Positions 1 through 9,471 of a DNA stretch of 64,000 bases are shown piece after piece. The DNA is from Candidatus Kapaibacterium sp. (lineage in GTDB: Bacteria; Bacteroidota; Ignavibacteria; Kapaibacteriales; Kapaibacteriaceae). The notes under the pieces were generated by a model. It saw only the letters and a program-made list of their open reading frames with translations. It was not told where the DNA came from and searched no databases. The stretch's first letter is position 1. Each line of letters starts with the position of its first letter. The stretch spans positions 298 through 64,297 of the forward strand of contig JAURGP010000005.1 in the NCBI GenBank assembly GCA_030833725.1, written 5' to 3'. Both the position numbers and the translations under genes were made by a program.

Positions 1-178
1 CACCAGACCGAAATCGGAGTACATTTGTGGTCGGTCACAGGAGAGCGGTATACGTTGTGTGATAAATTGTCGTTGCAAAAGGGGACAACACAGTGTAATT
101 TCTCCACTTGTGAAGCTGGTAGCGGAATGTATCAGCTGTGGATCGGGTACGTAGGCGGGGAGACGATGATTCCCATCG

Positions 179-229
179 TGTTGGTCAAATAGCGTTGGTC
201 AAATAGTGTTGGTCACAGTCTTGGTCACT
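179..229 (+). repeat. Four direct copies of TTGGTCA(A/C) at 12-14 bp spacing upstream of the first gene. Candidate operator or regulator-binding array.
   Basis: Seen in sequence: gtgTTGGTCAaatagcgTTGGTCAaatagtgTTGGTCAcagtcTTGGTCActtgg, ending about 13 bp before the ATG at 242. Confidence 0.5.
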
Positions 230-241
230 TGGGGTGCGTGT

Positions 242-1060
242 ATGAGGAGATTGTTCATCGCCGTGTTTCTGCTCACGACGGTAGCGGGTGGGGAGCTACT
301 TTCACAGCAGGTAGGTCAGGAATTGGCCAACCCGCTTGTACCAGCACAACGGCGGCCCCGCGTCTACGTTGGTCCGGTTGTGGGATACAACCGTGCTCTG
401 CACTCTTCCGGCTTCCAGTCGGTAGCTGGTGACGTGCTGTGTCCAACCTTTGAGACGGGATCGGGCAATGGATTCTATGCAGGTGGCTCGTTTGAGTACC
501 TGCTGGGAAGTCCAACGGCCTCTCGGTCTTCGATCATCGTCAAGGCCCTGTACGACTACATGCCGGCCTACTATGAGGTGCCGGGCGACCAGCTTCCCTC
601 GCTGGGTCCTGACGGCTCTGTGGTAAACTCCACGGTGCGACACGTATCGGAGATCAAGTACACTACGGTGTCACTTGAGGGCCTCTACAAACTCAATCTA
701 TTCGACTCCTACTTTGGTGTCGTTGTCGGCCCTACTGTTGGCTTGGTTCTGAGTGCCGACCGTGAGCAGCGAATGGAGCTCGTTGAGCCGCTCAATGCCG
801 TTTTCGATCCAGCATTGGTTGGTCCAGACGTAGAATACATCAACAACGGTCGAGCCATCATCACCAACCGTGATGATCTGCCGGAGAAGAACGGTATTCG
901 TGTCGGTATCAAGGCTGGTATCCAGTACGAACTGCCGATCGGACGCCTTTTGTTTGTGCCGCACATGTTCTACAACTACGGTATCACCGAGGTGAGCCCT
1001 ACGGACAACCTGCGCATCAATGCCTTGCAGATGGGCGTGGATCTCCGGTTCGCTCTGTAA
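242..1060 (+). CDS. Secreted protein, probably an outer-membrane beta-barrel protein.
   Basis: N-terminal signal peptide MRRLFIAVFLLTTVAGG. Alternating hydrophobic/aromatic strands and a C-terminal LRFAL end fit an outer-membrane protein. No specific family recognised. Confidence 0.45.
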   Translation: MRRLFIAVFLLTTVAGGELLSQQVGQELANPLVPAQRRPRVYVGPVVGYNRALHSSGFQSVAGDVLCPTFETGSGNGFYAGGSFEYLLGSPTASRSSIIVKALYDYMPAYYEVPGDQLPSLGPDGSVVNSTVRHVSEIKYTTVSLEGLYKLNLFDSYFGVVVGPTVGLVLSADREQRMELVEPLNAVFDPALVGPDVEYINNGRAIITNRDDLPEKNGIRVGIKAGIQYELPIGRLLFVPHMFYNYGITEVSPTDNLRINALQMGVDLRFAL

Positions 1061-1160
1061 GCGTGGTAGCCCAAATTTGACGACAACCGTGATGCCCGCC
1101 TCTGGTGGGCATCGTCATTTACAGCGTCTTTCAACGAGTTTCTGGATCACCGAGAAACGT

Positions 1161-1664
1161 ATGGAACGAATCTGGTCGCCCTGGAGATCGCAGTACATCG
1201 AGGCTCAACCGACTGCTACCGAGGAGTGTTTCCTCTGTGTTGCAGGGCGGTGTACGTCGGCGAGCGTCAAGGAGCTCGTCGTGGCCACGTTCGAACATTG
1301 GGTGGTACTGCTGAACCGCTACCCCTACAACGCCGGCCATGTCCTGATTGCACCACGTGCGCACGTTGCGGTGCTGTCAGACCTGGCGGTGGGTGCTTCG
1401 GCGTCGTTTCACGAGGTGCTGCAGCAGACTGTTGAGATCGTTACCGAGGTCCTTCATCCTGATGGGGTCAACATTGGACTAAACCTTGGAGCCGCTGCCG
1501 GAGCAGGGGTGCCAGGCCACCTACACTGGCACGTGGTGCCGCGGTGGCGCGGCGATGCCAATTTCATGGCAACCACGGCAGATACCCGTGTGATCTCCAG
1601 CGCCATAGAGGATCAGTGGTTGAGAATGTCGAAGGCATACGATGACCAATTCGATGACCAATAG
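1161..1664 (+). CDS. HIT-family nucleotide hydrolase/transferase.
   Basis: Histidine-triad motif HLHWHVVPRW near the C-terminus. NRYPYNAGHVLIAP is typical of HIT/Ap4A-phosphorylase-like proteins. Start chosen at the MERIW methionine (1161) inside the longer ORF. Confidence 0.65.
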   Translation: MERIWSPWRSQYIEAQPTATEECFLCVAGRCTSASVKELVVATFEHWVVLLNRYPYNAGHVLIAPRAHVAVLSDLAVGASASFHEVLQQTVEIVTEVLHPDGVNIGLNLGAAAGAGVPGHLHWHVVPRWRGDANFMATTADTRVISSAIEDQWLRMSKAYDDQFDDQ

Positions 1665-2484
1665 AATTGCCCCACAGAAGCGGTTCAGCCAGAACTTTCT
1701 GACCGATAACCGCACCGCTGCAAAGATTGCTGCCGTACTCGAAGCGTCGACCGACGACCTTGTGCTGGAGATTGGACCGGGAACGGGTGCCCTGACGAAA
1801 CACCTCGTTGCCCTGCCGTCGAGGAGAATCGTGGCCGTGGACCTCGATCCTCGTGCCGTAGAGGCCATTTCTGGGATGGTGCAGCAAAGCGGCGGTAGAC
1901 TCTCTGTGCAGCTCGGGGATGTCCTGAAGGTGAGTCTCGACGACATGTTTGCCGATGTCCCAACGACGAACAGACGTGTGATCGGCAACATCCCCTATGC
2001 GATCACTTCCGAAATCCTCTTCTGGCTGTTTGAAGCTCGAACGTCCATGGCACGAGCGGTCATCATGATGCAGAAGGAAGTTGCCCTCCGCTGCGTGGCC
2101 AAACCCGGAACGAAGGACTATGGTGTACTGACGGTTGCCGCGTGGTATGCCACGACGCCCAAGCTGATGTTTACCGTACAACCTGGCTCGTTCTTTCCCC
2201 GACCATCGGTGACCTCGGCCGTCGTGCGTTTTGACATGCGCACAGAGGTTCCCCCGGTGCCATTCGCCCCCTTCATGAGCTTTGTGCGCGCTGCATTTTC
2301 TCAGCGACGCAAGGTCATGGCCAACGCGTTGGCCTCATGGGCCAATCAGCAGGGGATCGCACTGCGGACCGTGACCCTACCAGAGCATCTCTCCGTGACG
2401 ACGCTGCGTGCTGAGGCGTTGTCGCCCGACCAGCTTGTTGAATTGTACCTGAACCTTACGAAGCCAGAGAACCAGCCTGCATGA
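1642..2484 (+). CDS. rsmA: 16S rRNA (adenine1518/1519-N6)-dimethyltransferase RsmA/KsgA.
   Basis: KRFSQNFL, the SAM-binding motif LEIGPGTGALT, and NIPYAITS. Start may be the internal MTNRIAPQ methionine at 1654. Overlaps the HIT gene stop. Confidence 0.85.
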   Translation: MTNSMTNRIAPQKRFSQNFLTDNRTAAKIAAVLEASTDDLVLEIGPGTGALTKHLVALPSRRIVAVDLDPRAVEAISGMVQQSGGRLSVQLGDVLKVSLDDMFADVPTTNRRVIGNIPYAITSEILFWLFEARTSMARAVIMMQKEVALRCVAKPGTKDYGVLTVAAWYATTPKLMFTVQPGSFFPRPSVTSAVVRFDMRTEVPPVPFAPFMSFVRAAFSQRRKVMANALASWANQQGIALRTVTLPEHLSVTTLRAEALSPDQLVELYLNLTKPENQPA

Positions 2485-3443
2485 CCTCGCACGACCACAA
2501 TACGCTCCAGGGGCTGCTACAAAGAGGGGTAGCCCATATCCAGGCCTATGATGTGTACACGATCATCATGCTGGTGCTCTTTACGGCTCTTGCCCTAGCC
2601 TATTATCCCTACATTCCTGTTGCCTCAAGTAAACTGGTACTGAATGCCTTCCTTGCTGGCAGTGTCGGAGCGCTGATCCTGCTGCATGCACTCACGACCG
2701 TGCCGCTGTTTGCCGTCTTGCGTCGGTTCTATGTGATTCCGATGATCTACCTGATGTACGATCAGGTTCACACCTACGTTCAATTGGTGCACCCAGTAGA
2801 TTACGACGCCCAGCTTATTGCTGCTGATCGGTGGCTGTTCGGGTGCGATCCAACAGTGTGGATGGGGCAGTGGTCCAGTCCTGCCCTTACCGAGTACCTG
2901 CAGCTGTGCTATTTCCTCTTCTACCTGCTGCCCATCATGCAGGCTGTGGAGTTGTGGCGGAAGGGGGCTTGGGACGACTTAGACGTGTTTGCCCGCGGAA
3001 TGACCTTCTGCTACTTCATTTCGTATCTGGCCTACTTTGCCATGCCGGCGATTGGTCCTCGGTTCACACTGCACGACTTCAACGCTACCAATGTGGAACT
3101 GCCCGGGCTATGGCTCACACCGTGGTTGCGCGACATTGTGAACATCGGCGGGGGAGTAGCGCTTGGTGTGACCGATCCGGCATCGGTGGTCAATCGCGAC
3201 TGCATGCCCAGTGGTCATACGATGATGACCTTGGTCAACATCCTGTTAGGCTTCCGATTTCGCTCGCGATTCCGGTGGATCTTCGTGGTGATTGGAGGCA
3301 GTCTGATCCTGTCGACCGTGTACCTGCGGTATCACTACGCTGTAGATCTTTTGGTAGGTGCGTTGCTTGCCGTAGCCACCTTACCACTCGAACCGATCGT
3401 AGCGACCTGGATGAATCGCATTCGTCTACACCTTCGAGCGTGA
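2481..3443 (+). CDS. PAP2-superfamily membrane phosphatase (phosphatidic-acid-phosphatase type 2 / IPC-synthase-like).
   Basis: Multi-TM protein with PAP2 signature residues PSGH and SRxxxxRYHYAVD. ATGA start/stop overlap with rsmA. Confidence 0.6.
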   Translation: MTSHDHNTLQGLLQRGVAHIQAYDVYTIIMLVLFTALALAYYPYIPVASSKLVLNAFLAGSVGALILLHALTTVPLFAVLRRFYVIPMIYLMYDQVHTYVQLVHPVDYDAQLIAADRWLFGCDPTVWMGQWSSPALTEYLQLCYFLFYLLPIMQAVELWRKGAWDDLDVFARGMTFCYFISYLAYFAMPAIGPRFTLHDFNATNVELPGLWLTPWLRDIVNIGGGVALGVTDPASVVNRDCMPSGHTMMTLVNILLGFRFRSRFRWIFVVIGGSLILSTVYLRYHYAVDLLVGALLAVATLPLEPIVATWMNRIRLHLRA

Positions 3444-3613
3444 TGTTCGTGGGGAAAAGTGTGACATGACCCTGACACTTTTTTTGTTGCACCGAAGGTA
3501 AAATCTCTTATTTTCCACTCGTGGAGCGGTGTGATCCGCCCATGCAGGTTCGCGAAAAGTTCTCTGATTACAACTACTTTTTCGTTTTGACCTTATCAAC
3601 CAGGAGTCAATCG

Positions 3614-6600
3614 ATGCACTTTGCACCTCGATTACTACGGACAATTCTGATGCTGCTCGTAGCAGTGGCAGGGTACTCCGGCCAAGCAGTGGCACAAGAC
3701 GTTGTGTCCACGTCAGGCACCATGGGACTCATGGAGGGACGGCACTACATGGTGGCCTTCCCCCAAGTCTGGGCAAGTACTTCGGAAGTACCTACGCCCA
3801 AGCCCATGCTGCTCTTTATCTCATCGCGGTCTCGCGCCACGGTGACGATCACTACGCCAGCACCGAGCAACGATGCTATCAAGCTGAGCCGCACCATCAC
3901 TCTGCAACCTGATGAGGTCTTCCAGTTCGAAGTTCCCATCCCGTTGATGAATACCGAGTCGGAAGTCAAGAGCGGCTATGGCATTGCCGTGACAGGCGAC
4001 AAGCCGATCTCCGTTTCCACGTATCAGGCGTGGATGGGTAATGGTGAGTTGGCACGCCACCTCCCGGTAGAATCGTGGGGTAGGAACTACTACTCGATGA
4101 ACTTCTACCAGGATCGCTACGGACAGAATGGCAACTACAAGTACCGTCCAGGCCAGATCCTCGTGATTGCCGCTCGCGATAACACGGTGGTGACCTACAC
4201 GCCAACAGTAGATACTGAGGGTGGACGCGATCAGCCATCTGTCCGCAAGGGACAAACGGGAACCGTAACCCTGAATAAGGGCGAGACCTTCCTGATCAAG
4301 GCGAAGATCGATGAAGCATACAACAAGGAGTACGTGACGGATCTCTCCGGTACGTGGATCCGCGCCAGTCGTCCGGTTGGTGTGGTCTCGGGCCACACCA
4401 AGGTAGCCATCATGCGCTACCCTGACGTCCTGCCTCCTACAGGTATGTTTGCTACGGAAGCCCACTTCGTGCGGAACAACGTTCATGATGCCATGCTGCC
4501 ATTCGAAATGGCCGGCACGGAGTTCGTGACGATCCCAGTGATGTACGGCCCACTGCGTATCACGGGCAAGGCTGCTCAGGACGCCGGTATTGAAGACGAC
4601 CGAGGAGACGTGATCCGCTTTATCGCTCTCGAAGACGGCACGCAGATCGAAGCTCTCCGTGAGGATGGCTCCGACTACAAGACGATTATGAAGATCGATC
4701 GCGGTGGTACATGGTTGGAAACCTCGGTTCAGGTTCCAACCAAGTGGCGGTCCAACAAGCCAATGCTCGTAGGTCACTATGGAAAGGCCTACGCCAAGGT
4801 GATTCCACCAGCTGCCTCCAAGGACGGCGACGCTACGCAAGGTCACCCAACGGTAGAATCGGGCATGCCGATGCTGCAGTATGTTCCTTCCACCGATCGG
4901 TGGGTGAGCTACGCAGTGTTCCATGCACCAGACGGTATGGACAACTTCTTCAACATCGTCTTCCGCCCCGAAGAAGTAGGAAAGATCAAATTCAATGGCG
5001 CCTCGCTGAACGGTCGTTTCGGTGGCGCAATGCGTGAACTGAAGGGAACACCATACTGGTACATCCGTCATCCAATCGGCAAGGGCGACTACGTCATTGA
5101 ATCCGAAACGGAAGACGTGCGCTGGATGGCGTGGTCGTACGGCTCCCTGGACGGCTTGAACATGGGTCGTGCCTACGGCACGCCAGTAGCTGTTGATGTG
5201 GCCATCGAGTGCGACGACTCCGTTGCCGTAACCGAGGAAATCCTCTGCGGTGACGTCAAGGGAGAAGGAAAGATTCTCCCAGAAGGATCTGAGTGTGGAT
5301 CGATCTACATGATCTACGCCGAGAGCCTGAGCAACTACGAGCTGGTTGTTGACGAGAACTTCGAAAGTGGCATGCAAAAGGCCAAGTTCCAGGTGAACGT
5401 CCTGGACAAGCGTCAGCCAGGTAAGGCCGTTGTGCGTGTTGTCTCGCGGTCGGGCAAGTACGTCGAAAAGACCTACGAGTACACCCCAGACAAGATCGAT
5501 TGGAGTCCAAAGAGCATCGACTTCGGTGCCATTCCAATTGGTTCACCATCGTGCAAGACCATTACCTTCACCAACCTCCGCACCGATGCTCCGGTAACGG
5601 TCAAGGATGTTCGTGTGAAGTACTATCCAGGTACGTTCCGCTTCAACCCAGCGTCGTTTACCATCGACCCAGGTCAGAGTGTCAACGTGGAAGTGTGTGC
5701 AACAACCAACGACACGCGTGAGCTTGTCGACACGGTAATTGCGCAACTTGAGTGCTTCGATGAAATCACGACGGAACTTCGTGTTCGTAGCCAGGCTCCG
5801 CTCATCTACGTTGGTGACCAAACCTGGATTAACATCCCAGCAACTTCGCCGGGTGTTGAGCGCCCAGTAGAAATTATCAATGCTAGCGATGTGAACCTGA
5901 CCATCACCGGATACGACAAGACGCTCCTTGATGGTTCGGGCAACTTCTTCAACCCACGGAACCTGGATGAAGTTCTGCCACTAACCATTGCTGGTGGCGG
6001 TCGTCACACCTTCTACGTTACCTACAGTCCACGTGGCGAAGCTGGTGTCGCTCACCAGGTGAATGTTCCATTCTACTCCAATGCGAAGAAGGAAGACTCT
6101 ATTGCCGTCCTCAAGGGTAACGGTGTCGAGATCGACCTCTACGCAGCGGCTCTGCCATGGAACGTCCGCGTCCTCGACAACATCCAGACTGCCCAGGGTG
6201 TAACTTCCTATGGTCAGACGGTGGAGTTCCAAAACACTGGCGATCTGCCAGTAGAGTTCTCTACTCCAGAGATTCGCGGTGCTGATGCTGCTTCCTTCCG
6301 GATCGTAGACTTCGGCAACACCGGTGGCTTCCCAATTACGCTGGTGGGTGGTACGCGTCCAAGCGCCACCATCAACATCGAGTTTGTACCAACGGAACTG
6401 GCCAATCGTGGTGGTGAGCGCAACGACTACACCGCCGAGCTGGTCTTCCCAACCAACTCCGATGCTCAACGCGAAATTGTTGTTGAACTGAAGGGAACGG
6501 CGTGGCAACCACAGGTAAAAGGTGCCGATCAAGACTACGGTATTTTCAACCTTGGTGCAGCAACGTCGACGCTTGACATTCCGGTGTCGAACACGCACTT

Positions 6601-8128
6601 CCAGGATGTAACCAATCCAACCACGGGAGATGCACAGGGTACGCACGAAGTTGTGATCACCGGTATCAACATTGTTGGTGCTGCTAACAACTTCAAGATC
6701 AACAACGGTCCTACACCGGCATCGCCATGGCGCTTGGCTGGTGGCGAGGAGCGTATGCTGAGCGTCACGTTCGATCCTCGTGAATCGGGCATGTTCTCGG
6801 CACAGTATGAGATCATCACGCAGCCTGAGAATCTGACAACCGGTGCAGCGCCATACACACCTGTATACACGCTCACGGCAGAAGTGATTGGCGGCGAGTT
6901 CAACGTTCGCGATGCCTATGCGCGCCAGTACGTCCTCAACACCACCGAAATGGTGGTTGAAGTGCGTCACTCGGAAGCACAGCCACGGACGTACGACGTG
7001 AGCTTCCCGAAAGGTGCAGACGCGTCTCGCTTCACAGTTATCGAGCCAGCTTCTGGTGTGTTGACGGTTGCTCCTGGACAGACTGGTGTCATTCGAATCC
7101 AGTTTGGACCGGACTTTGTCACACTGCTTCAGAACGGTCAAAACCGAGATATCATCGACTCGAAGGGTGGCGGTTCGGGTATCAAGTGGCGTGATACGCC
7201 AGCAGGCCAGCCAGGCTTTGTGGCTACGATCGACATCACCGATCAAGTAAATGGTGAAACCAAGACGGCTTCCATCACTGGTGATGGTCTGTTCCTGGAG
7301 ACCACCAACTTCGTTGGTCAGTTTGTAGATGGCGCCAAGAAAACGGGTTACACCGTCAAGCCAGGCGAAGCCGTCCAAGTTGCCGTAAGCCTTGAGGCCG
7401 TCCCAGAATCACTTGATCCGGTGAAACTCACCGAAATGCGTGTACGTCTGTCGTGGGATCCAAAGCTGGTACAGCCACGGACCAACCCAGCGGACTTTAT
7501 ACTGGATGGTATGCTGGCCGAAGGTTGGACTGTCGTCAACGTAGCGACCTTCCCAGAAGGATCGCGCATGCCGAACTCGATGGAGATCGACATTGCCGAC
7601 CTGCGCGCTACGAAGACGCCACTGGTGAACGACCGCACGAAGCCGTTCTTTGCCGTCATCTTTGATGCCTACCTCGGCATCGGTGCCGATCCGGTGAACG
7701 TTACGCGGACTCCAGTGAACGTGTATTCCTACACCGTGGACTTTGATGGTTCCAATGGTCCAGGAGTGACACAGTCGTACGCACTGTTCAACGACGAACC
7801 TGGCTCCATCACCGTCGACTTCGGCTGTGCTGGTGAACTACGTCTGGTACAGCTCTCATCGACAACGTTCGGCGTGAAGCCGGTCAGCCCGAACCCTGTA
7901 TCGAGCACGGCAACGATTAACTACTCGATTGGTCTGAATGGCCACACGAGCATCGTTCTGTACAACTATGCTGGCGAGCGTATCATGGACATCCTTGATG
8001 CCAACCAAGCTAGCGGTACGTATGAGATCGCTCTTGATGTGTCCACACTGCCAGCGGGCACGTACTACTACCGCGTAGTATCCGGTCCGTTCATGAGCGA
8101 GCCACAGTCGATGACGATCGTTCGCTAA
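3614..8128 (+). CDS. Very large secreted protein (1504 aa) with repeated beta-sandwich domains and a C-terminal T9SS sorting domain.
   Basis: Signal peptide MHFAPRLLRTILMLLVAVAGYSGQAVAQ at the first internal ATG (3614). The last ~80 aa (VSPNPVSSTATINYSIGLNGHTSIVLYNY...GTYYYRV) match a type-A Por/T9SS C-terminal domain. Internal repeats resemble ASH/choice-of-anchor-D beta-sandwich modules (IDFGxIPIGxxxxKTITFTN). Confidence 0.7.
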   Translation: MHFAPRLLRTILMLLVAVAGYSGQAVAQDVVSTSGTMGLMEGRHYMVAFPQVWASTSEVPTPKPMLLFISSRSRATVTITTPAPSNDAIKLSRTITLQPDEVFQFEVPIPLMNTESEVKSGYGIAVTGDKPISVSTYQAWMGNGELARHLPVESWGRNYYSMNFYQDRYGQNGNYKYRPGQILVIAARDNTVVTYTPTVDTEGGRDQPSVRKGQTGTVTLNKGETFLIKAKIDEAYNKEYVTDLSGTWIRASRPVGVVSGHTKVAIMRYPDVLPPTGMFATEAHFVRNNVHDAMLPFEMAGTEFVTIPVMYGPLRITGKAAQDAGIEDDRGDVIRFIALEDGTQIEALREDGSDYKTIMKIDRGGTWLETSVQVPTKWRSNKPMLVGHYGKAYAKVIPPAASKDGDATQGHPTVESGMPMLQYVPSTDRWVSYAVFHAPDGMDNFFNIVFRPEEVGKIKFNGASLNGRFGGAMRELKGTPYWYIRHPIGKGDYVIESETEDVRWMAWSYGSLDGLNMGRAYGTPVAVDVAIECDDSVAVTEEILCGDVKGEGKILPEGSECGSIYMIYAESLSNYELVVDENFESGMQKAKFQVNVLDKRQPGKAVVRVVSRSGKYVEKTYEYTPDKIDWSPKSIDFGAIPIGSPSCKTITFTNLRTDAPVTVKDVRVKYYPGTFRFNPASFTIDPGQSVNVEVCATTNDTRELVDTVIAQLECFDEITTELRVRSQAPLIYVGDQTWINIPATSPGVERPVEIINASDVNLTITGYDKTLLDGSGNFFNPRNLDEVLPLTIAGGGRHTFYVTYSPRGEAGVAHQVNVPFYSNAKKEDSIAVLKGNGVEIDLYAAALPWNVRVLDNIQTAQGVTSYGQTVEFQNTGDLPVEFSTPEIRGADAASFRIVDFGNTGGFPITLVGGTRPSATINIEFVPTELANRGGERNDYTAELVFPTNSDAQREIVVELKGTAWQPQVKGADQDYGIFNLGAATSTLDIPVSNTHFQDVTNPTTGDAQGTHEVVITGINIVGAANNFKINNGPTPASPWRLAGGEERMLSVTFDPRESGMFSAQYEIITQPENLTTGAAPYTPVYTLTAEVIGGEFNVRDAYARQYVLNTTEMVVEVRHSEAQPRTYDVSFPKGADASRFTVIEPASGVLTVAPGQTGVIRIQFGPDFVTLLQNGQNRDIIDSKGGGSGIKWRDTPAGQPGFVATIDITDQVNGETKTASITGDGLFLETTNFVGQFVDGAKKTGYTVKPGEAVQVAVSLEAVPESLDPVKLTEMRVRLSWDPKLVQPRTNPADFILDGMLAEGWTVVNVATFPEGSRMPNSMEIDIADLRATKTPLVNDRTKPFFAVIFDAYLGIGADPVNVTRTPVNVYSYTVDFDGSNGPGVTQSYALFNDEPGSITVDFGCAGELRLVQLSSTTFGVKPVSPNPVSSTATINYSIGLNGHTSIVLYNYAGERIMDILDANQASGTYEIALDVSTLPAGTYYYRVVSGPFMSEPQSMTIVR

Positions 8129-8151
8129 TCTTCAACACATGCAACGTCAAC

Positions 8152-8188
8152 GCCCCCTTCTACTTGGTAGAAGGGGGCTTCTTTTTTT
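8152..8188 (+). terminator. Rho-independent terminator after the large T9SS cargo gene.
   Basis: Perfect hairpin GCCCCCTTCtacttggtaGAAGGGGGC followed by TTCTTTTTTT, 24 bp after the stop codon. Confidence 0.65.
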
Positions 8189-8206
8189 ATGGACCAGCGG
8201 TAGGGC

Positions 8207-9469
8207 CTATGAGAGGTACTTCAGGACGTGCACTGCAGCTGTTGCCGAGGCACCAAGGCGCTCTTCAAGCCAGGATGATCTTGTGTCCACACTACCCACA
8301 GCGAGTACAATCTGACTACGAAGCCAGTCCTGTGCCTCCTGGACCGAGGTGATCACCGCAAGAGAACCTGCCTGTTGCAGAGATTGTGCGTCCAGGGAAC
8401 GATGAATGTTCGGCCCACAGGCGATGGGCAGTCCAGCACAGGCAGGCTCGGTGGTGCTGTGAACCCCTGCGCCAAAGCCCCCTCCCACCCAGGCGGCTGT
8501 GCCCAGTGGGTAGAGGCCCACCAGCAGGCCGTAGGCATCAACCACGACGTTCCGAGACGGATCTGGCTGGTCGGTGCTGTATCGGAGCGCATCGAAGCGC
8601 AAACATGTCTGCACGATTTCGGATTCACGCAGTTGATGGGGAACAATCACGAGCCGTGGCTGTACAGGTAGTTCCTGCAGAGCCGAGGCGAGGAGGTCAA
8701 GATCGGCCGGCCACGCACTACCCACGATCACCGTGGGGTAATCCCGATGGGGGATCCATGCAGACAGATCTTGCGCGGGCGTCCGGTGGTGGAGGCGGTA
8801 GAGGACTTGATCGACACGGCTGTCAGGGACAACAGAGACGGGAACATGTGACGCGATCTGATGTAGCCGTTCTGCATGGTGCTCACTAATGGCCAGGATC
8901 TCGGTAAGCTGGCGATAAGTATCGGTTAGCCAGGCTCCAACAAGGAAATGGTGGGCCCTCGTAGGAGCTGTCGCGTTCACCAGCACCATGGGGACGCGAG
9001 CTTCGTGCAGAGCACGAATCATTGACCTCCACAGATCGTATCGGTTGATCACTACGGCCGTTGGTTGTAATGCTGCTACCAGACGTCGCATGGTTGGGAG
9101 GTGATCTACCGGAAGCAGGAGGGCATCGTCTAGGAGGGGGCTTTGGCGTGCGTGGTCGATGGCTGAAATCGACGTCACCGTAGCCACCACGGAGACCTCC
9201 GGTCGGCGCTCGCGGATCTCCCGAACGATTGGCAACAGTTGCTCCAGCTCCCCAACCGAGGCAGCGTGAATCCAACAGCGAGGGCCAGATGTCGCTGCTG
9301 GTACTGCAAGCCGATCACGGGTGTGCTGCTCCTCTCGACTCCACGCCTGCAACCGAGGTTGCACCGCTCTCACGGTCGTTGCCACTGCTGGCAGCACGGC
9401 GCGAAGGATGGGGATTGCCACTCCATCGTAGAGGGCATCAACCAGACGAACCGATCCGCTGGATCGCAC
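8207..9469 (-). CDS. waaA: 3-deoxy-D-manno-octulosonic acid (Kdo) transferase.
   Basis: Diagnostic WIHAASVGE motif near the N-terminus. Size (420 aa) and C-terminal GT-B fold fit WaaA/KdtA. Confidence 0.8.
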   Translation of the reverse strand: MRSSGSVRLVDALYDGVAIPILRAVLPAVATTVRAVQPRLQAWSREEQHTRDRLAVPAATSGPRCWIHAASVGELEQLLPIVREIRERRPEVSVVATVTSISAIDHARQSPLLDDALLLPVDHLPTMRRLVAALQPTAVVINRYDLWRSMIRALHEARVPMVLVNATAPTRAHHFLVGAWLTDTYRQLTEILAISEHHAERLHQIASHVPVSVVPDSRVDQVLYRLHHRTPAQDLSAWIPHRDYPTVIVGSAWPADLDLLASALQELPVQPRLVIVPHQLRESEIVQTCLRFDALRYSTDQPDPSRNVVVDAYGLLVGLYPLGTAAWVGGGFGAGVHSTTEPACAGLPIACGPNIHRSLDAQSLQQAGSLAVITSVQEAQDWLRSQIVLAVGSVDTRSSWLEERLGASATAAVHVLKYLS

Positions 9470-9471
9470 GA

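Noticed and set aside
3444-3613. Bacteroidetes-type promoter (TTTG ... TAnnTTTG) upstream of the large cargo gene.
   Set aside because: Only a partial match (TTTG at ~3483, and a TAAAATC/TTATTTTCC region) without a clean -7 consensus. Not reported as a feature, though an internal promoter here is plausible.
3821-7378. Very long antisense ORFs (518 aa at 3821-5377 and 465 aa at 5981-7378, minus strand) inside the giant T9SS cargo gene.
   Set aside because: No recognisable domains or start context. Amino-acid composition is Arg/Gly/Val-rich, typical of antisense frames in high-GC DNA. The sense-strand gene has a clear signal peptide and T9SS CTD.
8129-8206. Bidirectional terminator serving both the cargo gene and waaA.
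   Set aside because: The hairpin has a T-tract only on the plus-strand side. The minus-strand downstream flank is GTTG, so it probably terminates only the plus-strand transcript.
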